Positions 12,500-24,984 of a DNA stretch of 64,000 nt are shown one piece after another. The position numbers and the translations under genes are program-made. This DNA is from Eledone cirrhosa. Its lineage: Eukaryota. Position 1 is the first letter of the stretch. Each line of letters opens with the position of its first letter. Below the pieces are notes generated by a model. The model was not told where the DNA came from. It searched no databases and was given only the letters and a program-made list of their open reading frames with translations. The stretch spans positions 8,494,001-8,558,000 of the forward strand of contig OZ024766.1 in NCBI GenBank assembly GCA_964016885.1. The letters are read 5' to 3'.

Positions 12500-14905
12500 C
12501 ACTACCACTTTACAGAGTGTGCTGGGTATTTGTTGTATCACCAGTACTGCCATTTTACATAGTGTACTGGGTGTTGTATCACCAGTACTACCACTTTACA
12601 GAGTGTACTGGGTGTGGTTTGTTGTATCACCAGTACTACCACTTTACATAGTGTACTGGGTGTGGTTTGTTGTATCACCAGTACTACCACTTTCCAGAGT
12701 GTACTGGGTGTTTGTTGTATCACCAGTACAGCCACTTTACAGAGTGTACTGGGTGTTGTTTGTGTATCACAAGTACTGCGACTTTACAGAGTGTACTGGG
12801 TGTGTGTTGTATCACCAGTACTGCCACTTTACAGAGTGTACTGGGTGTGGTTTGTTGTATTACCAGTACTGCCACTTTACTGAGTGTACTGGGTGTTTGT
12901 TGTATCACCAGTACTACCACTTTACAGATGTACTGGGTGTTTGTTGTATCACCAGTACTACCACTTTACAGAATGTACTGGGTGCTGGGTGTGGTTTGTT
13001 GTATTACCAGTACTGCCACTTTACAGAGTGTACTGGGTGTTGTTGTTGTATCACTAGTACTACCACTTTACAGAGTGTACTGGGTGTTTGTTGTATCACC
13101 AGTACTGCCTTTTTACATAGTGTACTGGGTGTTGTATCACCAGTACTACCACTTTACAGAGTGTACTGGGTGTGGTTTGTTGTATCACCAGTACTACCAC
13201 TTTACATAGTGTACTGGGTGTGGTTTGTTGTATCACCAGTACTACCACTTTCCAGAGTGTACTGGGTGTTTGTTGTATCACCAGTACAGCCACTTTACAG
13301 AGTGTACTGGGTGTTGTTTGTGTATCACAAGTACTGCGACTTTACAGAGTGTACTGGGTGTGTGTTGTATCACCAGTACTGCCACTTTACAGAGTGTACT
13401 GGGTGTGGTTTGTTGTATTACCAGTACTGCCACTTTACAGAGTGTACTGGGTGTTTGTTGTATCACCAGTACTACCACTTTACAGATGTACTGGGTGTTT
13501 GTTGTATCACCAGTACTACCACTTTACAGAGTGTACTGGGTGTTTGTTGTATCACCAGTACTGCCACTTTACAGAGTGTACTGGGTGTTTGTTGTATCAC
13601 CAGTACTACCACTTTACAGAGTGTACTGGGTGTTTGTTGTATCACCAGTACTGCCACTTTACAGAGTGTACTGGGTGTTTGTTGTATCACCAGTACTACC
13701 ACTTTACAGAGTGTACTGGGTGTTTGTTGTATCACCAGTACTGCCACTTTACAGAGTGTACTGGGTGTATCACCAGTACTGCCACTTTACAGAGTGTACT
13801 GGGTGTTTGTTGTATCACCAGTATTGCCACTTTACAGAGTGTACTGGGTGTTTGTTGTATCACCAGTACAGCCACTTTACAGAGTGTACTGGGTGTTTGT
13901 TGTATCACCAGTACTGCCACTTTACAGAGTGTACTGGGTGTTTGTTGTATCACCAGTACTACCACTTTACAGATGTACTGGGTGTTTGTTGTATCACCAG
14001 TACTACCACTTTACAGAGTGTACTGGGTATTGTTTGTTGTATCACCAGTACTGCCACTTTACAGAGTGTACTGGGTGTTTGTTGTATCACCAGTACTGCC
14101 ACTTTACAGAGTGTACTGGGTGTATCACCAGTACTGCCACTTTACAGAGTGTACTGGGTGTTTGTTGTATCACCAGTACTGCCACTTTACAGAGTGTACT
14201 GGGTGTTTGTTGTATTACCAGTACTGCCACTTTACAGAGTGTATTGGGTGTGGTTTGTTCAATCACCAGTACTACCACTTTACAGAGTGTACTGGGTGTT
14301 GTTTGTTGTATCACCAGTACTACCACTTTACAGATGTACTGGGTGTTTGTTGTATCACCAGTACTACCACTTTACAGAGTGTACTGGGTGTTTGTTGTAT
14401 CACCAGTACTACCACTTTACAGAGTGTACTGGGTGTTTGTTGTATCACCAGTACTGCCACTTTACAGAGTGTACTGGGTGTTGTTTGTGTATCACCAGTA
14501 CTACCACTTTACAGAGTGTACTGGGTGTTTGTTCTATCACCAGTACTGCCACTTTACGAAGTGTACTGGGTGTGGTTTGTTGTATCACCAGTACTGCCAC
14601 TTTACAGAGTGTACTGGGTGTTGTTTGTTGTATCACCAGTACTACCACTTTACAGAGTGTACTGGGTGTTTGTTGTATCACCAGTACTGCCACTTTACAG
14701 AGTGTACTGGGTGTTGTTTGTTGTATCACCAGTACTACCACTTTACAGAGTGTACTGGGTGTATCACCAGTACTGCCACTTTACAGAGTGTACTGGGTGT
14801 TTGTTGTATCACCAGTACTGCCACTTTACAGAGTGTACTGGGTGTATCACCAGTACTGCCACTTTACAGAGTGTACTGGGTGTATCACCAGTACTGCCAC
14901 TTTAC
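12500..14905. repeat. About 45-bp minisatellite filling the OST4 upstream intron
   Basis: Unit ccactttacagagtgtactgggtgtttgttgtatcaccagtactg; about 558-bp higher-order duplication (12538 vs 13096); reverse complement resembles the SINE/LINE 48-49-bp unit. Confidence 0.92.
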
Positions 14906-14942
14906 CGGGTGTTTATATGTTTACCTTTTCTTCTCTTCTAGA

Positions 14943-15056
14943 ATGATCACTGACGTACAATTAGCAATCTTTGCCAATGCACTTGGAGTAGGACTCTTTC
15001 TGTTGGTGGTTCTCTACCATTACGTCGCAGTGAATCACCCGAAAAAAATGGACTAG
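14943..15056 (+). CDS. OST4: Oligosaccharyltransferase subunit 4 (37 aa)
   Basis: [37 protein letters not shown], near-identical to OST4; pyrimidine tract and TAG acceptor 1 nt before ATG; gtaag donor at 15076. Confidence 0.97.
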   Translation: MITDVQLAIFANALGVGLFLLVVLYHYVAVNHPKKMD

Positions 15057-15272
15057 CCCACATTACATACTTTAAGTAAGTCTGTTTATATTTTTAAGGA
15101 CGCTCCACCCCACCGACTCGAGTTTCTTTCTTTTGCTTTCAATATCACCCCAACAAAAACTGGCTTTGGTTCTGAGAAAACCTTAACCCGAGTTAAAGGG
15201 TTCTTATTTAACCCTTTTTTATACCAACCCAGCTAAAACCACCTCTGGTTCTATGAAACAAAATCACCCATT

Positions 15273-15478
15273 TTAACCCTTTAGCATTTAAACTGGCAAT
15301 ATCTGGCCAAAATTCTCTCAGCTCTTTCTGTTCAAACTGGCTGTTCATACTGATGTTAAGGTATTGTTCTCAAAATAAGTAATATCAAAATTACATAGAT
15401 TCAATATTATGTAAGGTAAAACCTTTACCACAAAAGTACAATAGTAAATATAGAGTAATGTAAATGTTAAAGGGATAA
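15273..15478. mobile_element. piggyBac-like MITE (about 200 bp)
   Basis: TTAA|CCCTTTAGCATTTA ... TAAATGTTAAAGGG|ATAA termini. Confidence 0.55.
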
Positions 15479-15699
15479 AGGGTTCCTGTTTAAATTAAAA
15501 TCTTCCAACCTCTGGTTCTGAGAAAAAAAAACCCACCCATTTTTGACCTGGTTTTATGAAACGAAAACCACACATTCATAATCCTTTTCTTACCACCTTG
15601 ACCAAAACTGACTCTGGTTCTATGACACAAAACCTCTGTTTTAAAGGGTTCCCGTTTATATTAAAATCTTCCAACATAATTTTATATAAGAACCATTTG

Positions 15700-16665
15700 T
15701 TAACCCTTTAGCATTTACATTACTCTATATATACTATTGTATTTTCACAGTAAAGGCTTTACCTCACATAATATCTCACATAACATTTACATTACTCTAT
15801 ATATACTATTGTATTTTCACAGTAAAGGCTTTACCTCACATAATATCTCACATAACATTTACATTACTCTATATATACTATTGTATTTTCACAGTAAAGG
15901 CTTTACCTCACATAATATCTCACATAACATTTACATTACTCTATATATACTATTGTATTTTCACAGTAAAGGCTTTACCTCACATAATATCTCACATAAC
16001 ATTTACATTACTCTATATATACTATTGTATTTTCACAGTAAAGGCTTTACCTCACGTAATATCTCACATAACATTTACATTACTCTATATATACTATTGT
16101 ATTGTCACAGTAAAGGCTTTACCTCGCATAATATCTCACATAGCATATATACTATTATATTTTCACAGTAAAGGCTTTACCTCACATAACATCTACATTA
16201 CTCTCTATATACTATTGTATTTTCACAGTAAAGGCTTTACCTCACATAACATTTACATTACTCTATATATACTATTGTATTTTCACAGTAAAGGCTTTAC
16301 CTCAGTATACCTTTATAGTAAATATAGAGTAATGTAAATGTTATGTGAGGTAAAGCCTTTACTGTGAAAATACAATAGTATGTGAGGTAAAGCCTTTACT
16401 GTGAAAATACAATAGTATATATAGAGTAATGTAAATGTTACGTGAGATATTGTGTGAGGTAAAGCCTTTACTGTGAATATACAATAGTATATATAGAGTA
16501 ATGTAAATGTTATGTGAGATATTATGTGAGGTAAAGCATTTACTGTGAAAATACAATAGTATATATAGAGTAATATAAATGATATGTGAGATATTATGTA
16601 AGGTAAAGCCTTTACTGTGAAAATACAATAGTATATATAGAGTAATGTAAATGCTAAAGGGTTAA
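15700..16665. mobile_element. Foldback element: TTAA-flanked TIRs with opposed arrays of a 72-bp subterminal unit
   Basis: TTAA-CCCTTTAGCATTTACATTACTC at 15700 and GAGTAATGTAAATGCTAAAGGG-TTAA ending 16665; array polarity flips near 16310. Confidence 0.8.
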
Positions 16666-16692
16666 TTTACATTTTAACTCTCTACATTACAG

Positions 16693-16930
16693 GTCAGAGA
16701 GGTTAAATGATGCTTCAACACAGAATGAAACCAGCAATGAATATCACCATTACCTGTCCTGCCAGGTTGATGAGGACACCATTTCTAATGGACCTGGTTA
16801 AGAGGCATTCCACCAAATATATTGCAGGACCTCTTAGCGAGGGCTTGAACTCACAACCTTGACATATTTCACTTTCATCTTAACTATGTTTGTTCATAAG
16901 GAAATAAAACAGAATTTGAATAAAACCTTC
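16693..16930 (+). other. OST4: OST4 terminal non-coding (3'UTR) exon
   Basis: ttacAG acceptor at 16691-16692; AATAAA at 16903 and 16919. Confidence 0.6.
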
Positions 16931-16949
16931 CGTTGTTAAAGTTCTCTTA

Positions 16950-18300
16950 TTGTGGAGTGGTGTAGTATGGTGTGTTGAGGTGGTGTAGTATGGTGCTGTG
17001 GGGTGGTGTGATATGGTGTGATGGTGTGATGTAGCGTGGTGATGTGATGTAGCGTGGTGATGTGATGTAGTGTGGTGGTGTGGTGTAGTGTAGTGTTGTA
17101 GTGTGGTGATGTGGTGTAGTGTAGTGTTGTAGTGTGGTGATGTGATGTAGTGTTGTAGTGTGGTGATGTGATGTAGTAGTGTGGTGGCGGGGTGTAGTGT
17201 GATGTAGTAGCATGGTGATGTGATGGTGTTGTAATATGGTGTGTTGAGGTGGTGTGGTGTAGTGTAGTGTAGTATGGTGGTGTTGTGATATGGTGTATTG
17301 AAGTGGTGTGGTGTAGTGTATGTAGTTGTGGTGTGGTGTGTTGAGGTGGTGCTGTGTGGTGGTGTGATGATGTGATGTAGCGTGGTGATGTGATGTAGTA
17401 GCGTGGTGTTGAGGTGGTGTGGTGTAGTGTAGTATGGTGTTGTAGTGTGGTAGTGTGATGTAGTAGTCTGGTAGTGTGATGTAGTAGTCTGGTGGTGTGT
17501 TGAGGTGTTGTAGTGTGATGTAGTAGTGTGGTGTTGTGATATGGTGTGTTGAGGTGGTGTGGTGTTGTGATATGGTGTGTTGAGGTGGTGTGGTGTAGTG
17601 TAGTGTAGTATGGTATGGTGTTGTAGTAGCGTGGTGATGTGATGTAGTAGTGTGGTGGTGTTGTGATATGGTGTATTGAGGTGGTGTGGTGTAGTGTAGT
17701 ATGGTGTTGTAGTGTGGTGGTGTTGTGATATGGTGTATTGAGGTGGTGTGGTGTAGTGTAGTATGGTGTTGTAGTGTGGTGGTGTTGTGATATGGTGTAT
17801 TGAGGTGGTGTGGTGTAGTGTAGTATGGTGTATTGAGGTGGTGTGGTGTGGTGTAGTGTAGTATGGTGTTGTAGTGTTGTGATATGGTGTATTGAGGTGG
17901 TGTGGTGTAGTGTAGTATGGTGTTGTGATATGGTGTATTGAGGTGGTGTGGTGTAGTGTAGTATGGTGTTGTAGTGTGATATGGTGTATTGAGGTGGTGT
18001 GGTGTAGTGTAGTATGGTGTTGTAGTGTGGTGGTGTTGTGATATGGTGTATTGAGGTGGTGTGGTGTAGTGTAGTATGGTGTTGTAGTGTGGTGGTGTTG
18101 TGATATGGTGTATTGAGGTGGTGTGGTGTAGTGTAGTATGGTGTTGTAGTGTGATATGGTGTATTGAGGTGGTGTAGTGTAGTATGGTGTTGTAGTGTGG
18201 TGGTGTTGTGATATGGTGTATTGGTGTGGTGTGGTGTAGTATGGTGTTGTAGTGTGGTGGTGTTGTGATATGGTGTATTGGTGTGGTGTGGTGTGGTGTA
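16950..18300. repeat. GT-rich low-complexity (GTGTA/GTG) tract
   Basis: Direct inspection; almost no C on the + strand. Confidence 0.9.
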
Positions 18301-18996
18301 TAAAATGATAAAAATGATAAAAATGCTGCTATGGAAAGAAACAATTTGTTTAGTGTAAAATTATATATTTTATAAGATTGAAATAATATTACAACAAACT
18401 GTGTGTGTATATATATATATATATATATAAATGAAAAATATAGAAATTATTGTGAGCAAGAAGCCAACAGTATTTCATAATATATAAGTGACTAGAACGT
18501 CAACACCCCAAACTGCCCATAAACAAATTGTATTTATATATACACAAACAAACAGTGTTTATATATAAACATACATACATATATACATAGAGAGAGAGAG
18601 AGAGAGACTATATATATATATTATAGAGAGAGACAACATATGCAAAGACAGACATATATATATATATAGAGAGAGAGAGAGACAGGCACTGTATGTATGT
18701 ATATATATATATTTGAAAAAAAAGGAAAAGAATGACTTCACTTGTAGTTCTAAATAATTTGATTTAATTTTATATTATATTATTATGAATTGGTATAATA
18801 TAATATTATAAAATTAAATCAAATTATTTAGAACTACAAGTGAAGTAATTCTTTTCCTTTTTTTCAAATATACCTAACTGTACCAAGGATCTCACACATT
18901 ATATATATATATATATACACATACAGATTCAATATATATATAGAGAGAGAGAGACACACATACTATATAGATATAAATATATATATATATATATAT

Positions 18997-19290
18997 ACAT
19001 GGCTTAGTGGTTAGAGCATTTGCCTTGCAATCGAAAGGTTGTGAGTTCAATACTCAGACCGGGTGATGTGTTGTGTCCTTGAGCAAGACACTTTATTTCA
19101 CATTGCTCCAGTTTACTCAGCTGTAGAGTCCCTATCATTCCACTGTAAAGTGGTCGTGGAGGTGCCACAGCATAAAAGCACCCAGCACTCACTGTAAATG
19201 AGGTTGGTGTTAGGAAGGGCATCCAGCTGTAGAAATCAAGCCAGAATCAGTTCCCGTCCCACCCTTGCAAGCAGGGAAAAAGCGGACATA
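18997..19290 (+). mobile_element. tRNA-SINE copy with internal deletion
   Basis: Head, body and one 49-bp unit; lacks the 5' arm of the gatagggac hairpin. Confidence 0.85.
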
Positions 19291-19349
19291 TATATATATA
19301 GAGAGATAGAGTGACAATATATATATATATAGAGAGAGAGAGAGTGACA

Positions 19350-19384
<35 letters not shown>

Positions 19385-19451
19385 TAGAGTGACAATATAT
19401 ATATAGAGAGAGATAGAGTGACAATATATATATATAGAGAGAGAGAGTGAT

Positions 19452-19483
<32 letters not shown>

Positions 19484-19648
19484 TAAAGAGTTAGAAAGAC
19501 ATACTGATACAGAGAGAGTTAAATGGACAAATTAATAGATAGAGAGACAGACATTAAGAGAGAGAGAGCTGGACAGACAGCTCGTAGTGATATGTAAGAT
19601 GCTGTTCATCCTTAAGACACACGTCCGGTGTCCGCGTAGCTGTTCCTT

Positions 19649-19759
19649 CTACTCAACAAATCCCATTGATTGGAGAACAGCAGCTTCTTGGTTGAGGTAA
19701 GCCCTGTACTGGATTTCATCGTTCACAGAATTGTCTTCAGGTATAATTGGTTGGTGAAT
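19649..19759 (-). CDS. DNAI3: DNAI3/WDR63 last coding exon (IHQPIIPEDNSVNDEIQYRAYLNQEAAVLQSMGFVE*)
   Basis: cag acceptor, phase 0, TAG stop; resembles the WDR63 C-terminus YESYLELEKTVLINLG. Confidence 0.8.
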   Translation of the reverse strand: MHQPIIPEDNSVNDEIQYRAYLNQEAAVLQSMGFVE

Positions 19760-19827
19760 CTGTTAATATATATATACACAAAATCACTTTAACTGCATCA
19801 GACGGTACACTAGAGAATGCAGTAGAA

Positions 19828-21087
19828 ATGGTCATGTAGGAGTCACAACAAAAAGCACCCAGTCCACACTGTAAAGTGGTCATGTAGGTGTCACAACAAA
19901 AAGCACCCAGTCCACACTGTAAAGTGGTCATGTAGGTGTCACAACAAAAAGCACCCAGTCCACACTGTAAAGTGGTCATGTAGGTGTAATGACAAAAAGT
20001 ACCCAGTCCACACTGTAAAGTGGTCATGTAGGTGTCACAACAAAAAGCACCCAGTCCACACTGTAAAGTGGTCATGTAGGTGTCATGACAAAAAGCAGCC
20101 AGTCCACACTGTAAAGTGGTCATGTAGGTGTCACAACAGAAAGCACCCAGTCCACACTGTAAAGTGGCCATGTAGGTGTCATGACAAAAGGCACCCAGTC
20201 CACACTGTAAAGTGGTCATGTAGGTGTAATGACAAAAAGTACCCAGTCTACACTGTAAAGTGGTCATGTAGGTGTCACAACAAAAAGCTCCCAGTCCACA
20301 CTGTAAAGTGGTCATGTAGGTGTCACAACAAAAAGACACCCAGTCCACACTGTAAAGTGGTCATGTAGGTGTCACAACAAAAAGACACCCAGTCCACACT
20401 GTAAAATGGTCATGTAGGTGTAATGACAAAAAGACACCCAGTCCACACTGTAAAATGGTCATGTAGGTGTAATGACAAAAAGTACCCAGTTCACACTGTA
20501 AAGTGGTCATGTAGGTGTCACAACAAAAAGCACCCAGTCCACACTGTAAAGTGGTCATGTAGGTGTCACAAAAAGCACCCAGTCCACACTGTAAAGTGGT
20601 CATGTAGGTATCATGACAAAAAGCTCCCAGTCCACACTGTAGAGTGGTCATGTAGGTGTAATGACAAAAAGTACCCAGTCCACACTGTAAAGTGGTCATG
20701 TAGGTGTAATGACAAAAAGTACCCAGTCCACACTGTAAAGTGGTCATGTAGGTGTAATGACAAAATGTACCCAGTCCACACTGTAAAGTGGTCATGTAGG
20801 TGTCACAACAAAAAGCACCCAGTCCACACTGTAAAGTGGTCATGTAGGTGTCATGACAAAAAGCACCCAGTCCACACTGTAAAGTGGTCATGTAGGTGTC
20901 ACAACAAAAAGCACCCAGTCCACACTGTAAAGTGGTTGGCATTAGGAAGCACATCCAGCTGCAGAACTCTAGCTAGAATCAGTTCTCTGTGAGCAAGACA
21001 TGGTACCCTGATCCAACGTGCCTCTAATTGGACAACCCGTCTAACCCATGATAGTGTGGAAAATGGATGTTAAACAATGATGATGAT
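19828..21087 (+). repeat. 48-bp minisatellite ending in an RTE-type 3' tail
   Basis: Unit cactgtaaagtggtcatgtaggtgtcacaacaaaaagcacccagtcca, about 23 copies, then ggttggcattaggaag... and an atgatgatg tail. Confidence 0.9.
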
Positions 21088-21115
21088 ATACAAAATTTTA
21101 AGATGTCAAACTTAC

Positions 21116-21232
21116 CGTTTGCCTTCTAGCCTTTAATTTTGTTTTATTTTTTTCCCCGTGGATCTGCCATCTCCCCTTAATGTAGGTCAGCCTCTGCACC
21201 TCCCTCTCGATATAATAGTTGAACAACTGTAA
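21116..21232 (-). CDS. DNAI3: DNAI3 exon (LQLFNYYIEREVQRLTYIKGRWQIHGEKNKTKLKARRQT)
   Basis: 117 nt, phase 0/0; matches NHYFEREVKHLEY. Confidence 0.88.
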
Positions 21233-21284
21233 CTATAGAAGACACAGACAGATATATATATATATATATATATATATAATCTTT

Positions 21285-21930
21285 GGCGCCACGCAGTAAT
21301 ACAGAACCCCTACACCATCCTCCCACTCCCACCGACACCACCCCTTTCTCTGTAAAGTTATGTTGGTGCCACAACACCCAGTCCAAACTAATGAGGTCGT
21401 GTAGGTGTCACGACAAAAAGCTCCCAGTCCACACTGTAAAGTGGTCATGTAGGTGTCACAACAAAAAGCTCCCAGTCTACACTGTAAAGTGGTCATGTAG
21501 GTGTAATGACAGAAAGTACCCAGTCCACACTGTAAAGTGGTCATGTAGGTGTAATGACAAAAAGTACCCAGTCCACACTGTAAAGTGGTCATGTAGGTGT
21601 CACAACAAAAAGCTCCCAGTCTACACTGTAAAGTGGTCATGTAGGTGTCACAACAAAAAGCTCCCAGTCTACACTGTAAAGTGGTCATGTAGGTGTCACA
21701 ACAAAAAGCACCCAGTCCACACTGTAAAGTGGTCATGTAGGTGTCACAAAAAGCACCCAGTCCACACTGTAAAGTGGTCATGTAGGTGTCACAAAAAGTA
21801 CCCAGTCCACACTGTAAAGTGGTCATGTAGGTGTCACAAAAAGTACCCAGTCTACACTGTAAAGTGGTCATGTAGGTGTAATGACAAAAAGCTCCCAGTC
21901 CACTCTGTAAAGTGGTCATGTAGGTGTCAC
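21285..21930 (+). repeat. RTE 3'UTR fragment with amplified 48-bp unit
   Basis: Leader gtaaagttatgttggtgccacaac shared with 52211-52570, followed by about 11 units. Confidence 0.8.
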
Positions 21931-22465
21931 ATCAAAAAACACACACATCAGCAAAAGAATACATGTAAAGAACATGTTGTTTCATTACAGGGTATTTTTA
22001 CCACCAGAGTGAAAGACAAACTGTGTAAGGTAATCAAACAGATTAATAAAATTAAAAAAGTACCTCAATAACTATTACACAAGTACAGACTCTGCTATAT
22101 ATATATGACTTCCGTGTTCAATCATCTTACCAAAAGCTTAACATTATTTGTCTAAGCAGACAGTACTTGATTTAGGAGTTGCAGAAACCCAAATGCTGGA
22201 TTTTACCAACCTTCCAGGGGTCCGGGTATAATTTTCAATCATATTTTATTTGTTTGACCCAAATTACTTGGTCGTTTCTATGGCTGTGCGGATAATGGTT
22301 TAACCATCATCTCAGTGTGTTTAGCCTTTTAACTTATGTTGTAGCTCTAGTTCACAGCTTCTATGGAGCGCTTGCCACACATCTCGGAAGTTGTTTTTCG
22401 CTAATTTCCAATAGCCGAAATACGATTCTCGCTAATTTATATTTGTATATATATATATATATATA

Positions 22466-22800
22466 TCATCATTTCATTTTACGTCCCCTTTTCCCTGCTT
22501 GCAAGGGTGGGACGGGAACTGATTCTGGCTTGATTTCTACAGCTGGATGCCCTTCCTAACACCAACCTCATTTACAGTCAGTGCTGGGTGCTTTTGTGCC
22601 GTGGCACCTCCACGACCACTTTGCAGTGGAATGATAGGGACCCCAGTCCCTATCATCTCATTTCTACAGCTGAGTAAACTGGAGCAATGTGAAATAAAGT
22701 GTCTTGCTCAAGGAAACAACACATCACCCGGTCTGAGAATTGAACTCACAACCTTTCGATTGCAAGGCCAATGCTCTAACCACTAAGCCATGTGCCTCCA
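22466..22800 (-). mobile_element. Full-length tRNA-SINE
   Basis: Family head, body and tail. Confidence 0.9.
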
Positions 22801-22885
22801 TAATACATATATATATAGTCTAACCCATGCTAGCGTGGAAGATGGACGTTAAACGATGATGATGATGATATATATATATATGTAT

Positions 22886-23280
22886 TAGGCACCTCTTAAC
22901 CAAATATACGACCCCATCCCACTACCCTTACTCCACCCTTCCACTCCCGCCAACACCACCCTCTCTCTCTGTAAAGTTATGTTGGTACCACAACATCCAG
23001 TCCTAAATAAATGAGATCATGTAGGTGTCACAACAAAAAAAAAAACACACACAGTCCACGCTGTAATGTGGCCGTGTAGGTAACACGGTAAAAAGTTCCC
23101 AGTTCCACACTGTAAACGTGGTTGGTGTTAGGAAGGGCATCCAGCCGTAGAAAACCTGCCAGATAGTCCTGTATGAGCGAGACACGGTCTCCCGACCAAT
23201 CTTGCCTCAAGTGGGACAATTCCCGTCTAAACCCATACTAGCGTGGAAGATAGACATTAAACAATGATGATGATGATGAT
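22886..23280 (+). mobile_element. RTE LINE 3'UTR fragment with (ATG)n tail
   Basis: Homologous to 52211-52570. Confidence 0.75.
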
Positions 23281-23396
23281 TATGTATTCTTTCTCTCCTA
23301 TATATTTTGAAGAGCCCAGAAAATTTTCCTAGAACTCATTATATTACAGAGAACAATGCGAGTCCTTTACTCCATTGATTCATTTGATATATATAT

Positions 23397-23858
23397 GCAA
23401 TCGAAATGTTGCGAGTTCAATTCTCAGACCAGGTGATGTGTTGTTTGCTTGAGCAAGTCACTTTATTTCACATTGCTCCAGTTTACTCAGCTGTAGAAAT
23501 GAGATGATAGGGACTGGGGTCCCTATCATTCCACTGCAAAGTGGTCGTGGAGGTGCCACGGCAAAAAAGCACCCAGCACTCACTGTAAAGTCGACGTGTA
23601 GGTGCTACGGCAAGAAAGCACCCAGCCCACACTGTAAAGTGGAGGTGTAGGCACCACGGAAAAAAAAGCACCCAGCACTCACTGTAAATGAGGTTGGTGT
23701 TAGGAAGGGCATCCAGCTGTAGAAATCAAGCCAGAATCAGTTCCTGTATGAGCAAGACAAGGTCAGCCGATCAGACACTGCCCACAACAGGACAACCCGT
23801 CTAACCCATGCTAGCGTGGAAGAACGGACATAAAATGGTGATGATGATGATGATGATA
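23397..23858 (+). mobile_element. tRNA-SINE variant, 5'-truncated, 3 units, longer 3' tail
   Basis: B-box onward; three 49-bp units; (ATG)n tail. Confidence 0.85.
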
Positions 23859-24095
23859 TATAGAAGGAATTCGTAGTTTACTCAAAGCATTGTATATAGT
23901 ATAAAGAATTCAAAGTTTGGAAGCCACGACATTGCGGGTTTGGACAGAAAACATCAAGTCGTGAGAAAGAGGGGTTGTTTTTTTTTACCTTAATTTATTC
24001 ATATGTTCTGATATTTCGAGATTAATAACTCTTCTTCCGAGGGAAATAAAGGAACTATTCCAGTGTCCGATGTGTTTCATTATATAATGGTATAG

Positions 24096-24290
24096 TGGCG
24101 GTGGATTGGCAGTATCGGTAGAGGGTCGGACGCCATGCTTTGACGCATAGAGTTACGGCCCTTGCCATTCTGAGTTCAAATGCCACCGAGGTTAACTTAA
24201 CCTTTTATCCTTACGGGGTTGATAAAATAAAGTACCAGTAATACACTGGGTAATTGCTGGCCTTGTGCCTAAAGTAGAAACAATTATTTA
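24096..24290 (+). mobile_element. Second SINE family (CORE-like body)
   Basis: gagttcaaat B-box; gaggttaactt..ggggttgataaaataaagtaccag body; also at 42520-42660, 48500-48850 and 60445-60610. Confidence 0.75.
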
Positions 24291-24344
24291 ATGGTATAGC
24301 AAGCCACGGTCTAACAGCCGCGATTAGTGAAAGAATGGTAAAAT

Positions 24345-24400
<56 letters not shown>

Positions 24401-24598
24401 AATGAGTAGGACCCCGACGGCTGAGCTCAAGCTGTTTCGACGGCTAATTCTGGACTAAATGAACATTTTTATCCTGGTATATGAATAGCCGAGCTTCTCA
24501 GGGGGTAATTCCATATATGGTAAAAGTGATTGTCACAAGGATTGGTCAAAAGTTTGTTGTTGAGACACATAATTCTATCATGGCAATTTGTGGAAGGA

Positions 24599-24633
<35 letters not shown>

Positions 24634-24651
24634 TTTGTTATGCATACATAC

Positions 24652-24743
24652 CTCATTGTGGGGTCCTGTCATGAAACATCGTGGTACCTCCAAGATGTGA
24701 AGAGTCCCGGATGTGTCACCTACAGCCAACAGTTGACACTTGG
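24652..24743 (-). CDS. DNAI3: DNAI3 exon (KCQLLAVGDTSGTLHILEVPRCFMTGPHNE)
   Basis: 92 nt, phase 1/0; matches IADYYGTLHILEIP. Confidence 0.93.
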
Positions 24744-24984
24744 CTGAAATATATGCAAAAAAAAAAAAAAAAAAAAAAAAAAACCATCAACCCTTTAATT
24801 AGAAAGTGAACAACACAAAATATAAGTACTTCATTACCAAAGGTTTCTGGATCACAGACGATAATAATATACGTCTGGATCACTCGTCGTATTGTTCACT
24901 TTCTAATTAAAAAGCTCTGTTCTATACATAGAGCACTCTTTTTTCCTTTGCTTTTCCTTTGGAATTACGTAACATATATTCGGA

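Noticed and set aside
12426-15056. 876-aa Cys/Val-rich ORF
   Set aside because: Translation of a 45-bp satellite; only the last 37 codons (OST4), preceded by a splice acceptor, are real.
22310-22431. Candidate DNAI3 exon (short open frame after an AG)
   Set aside because: No similarity to WDR63; the expected peptide is at 21116-21232.
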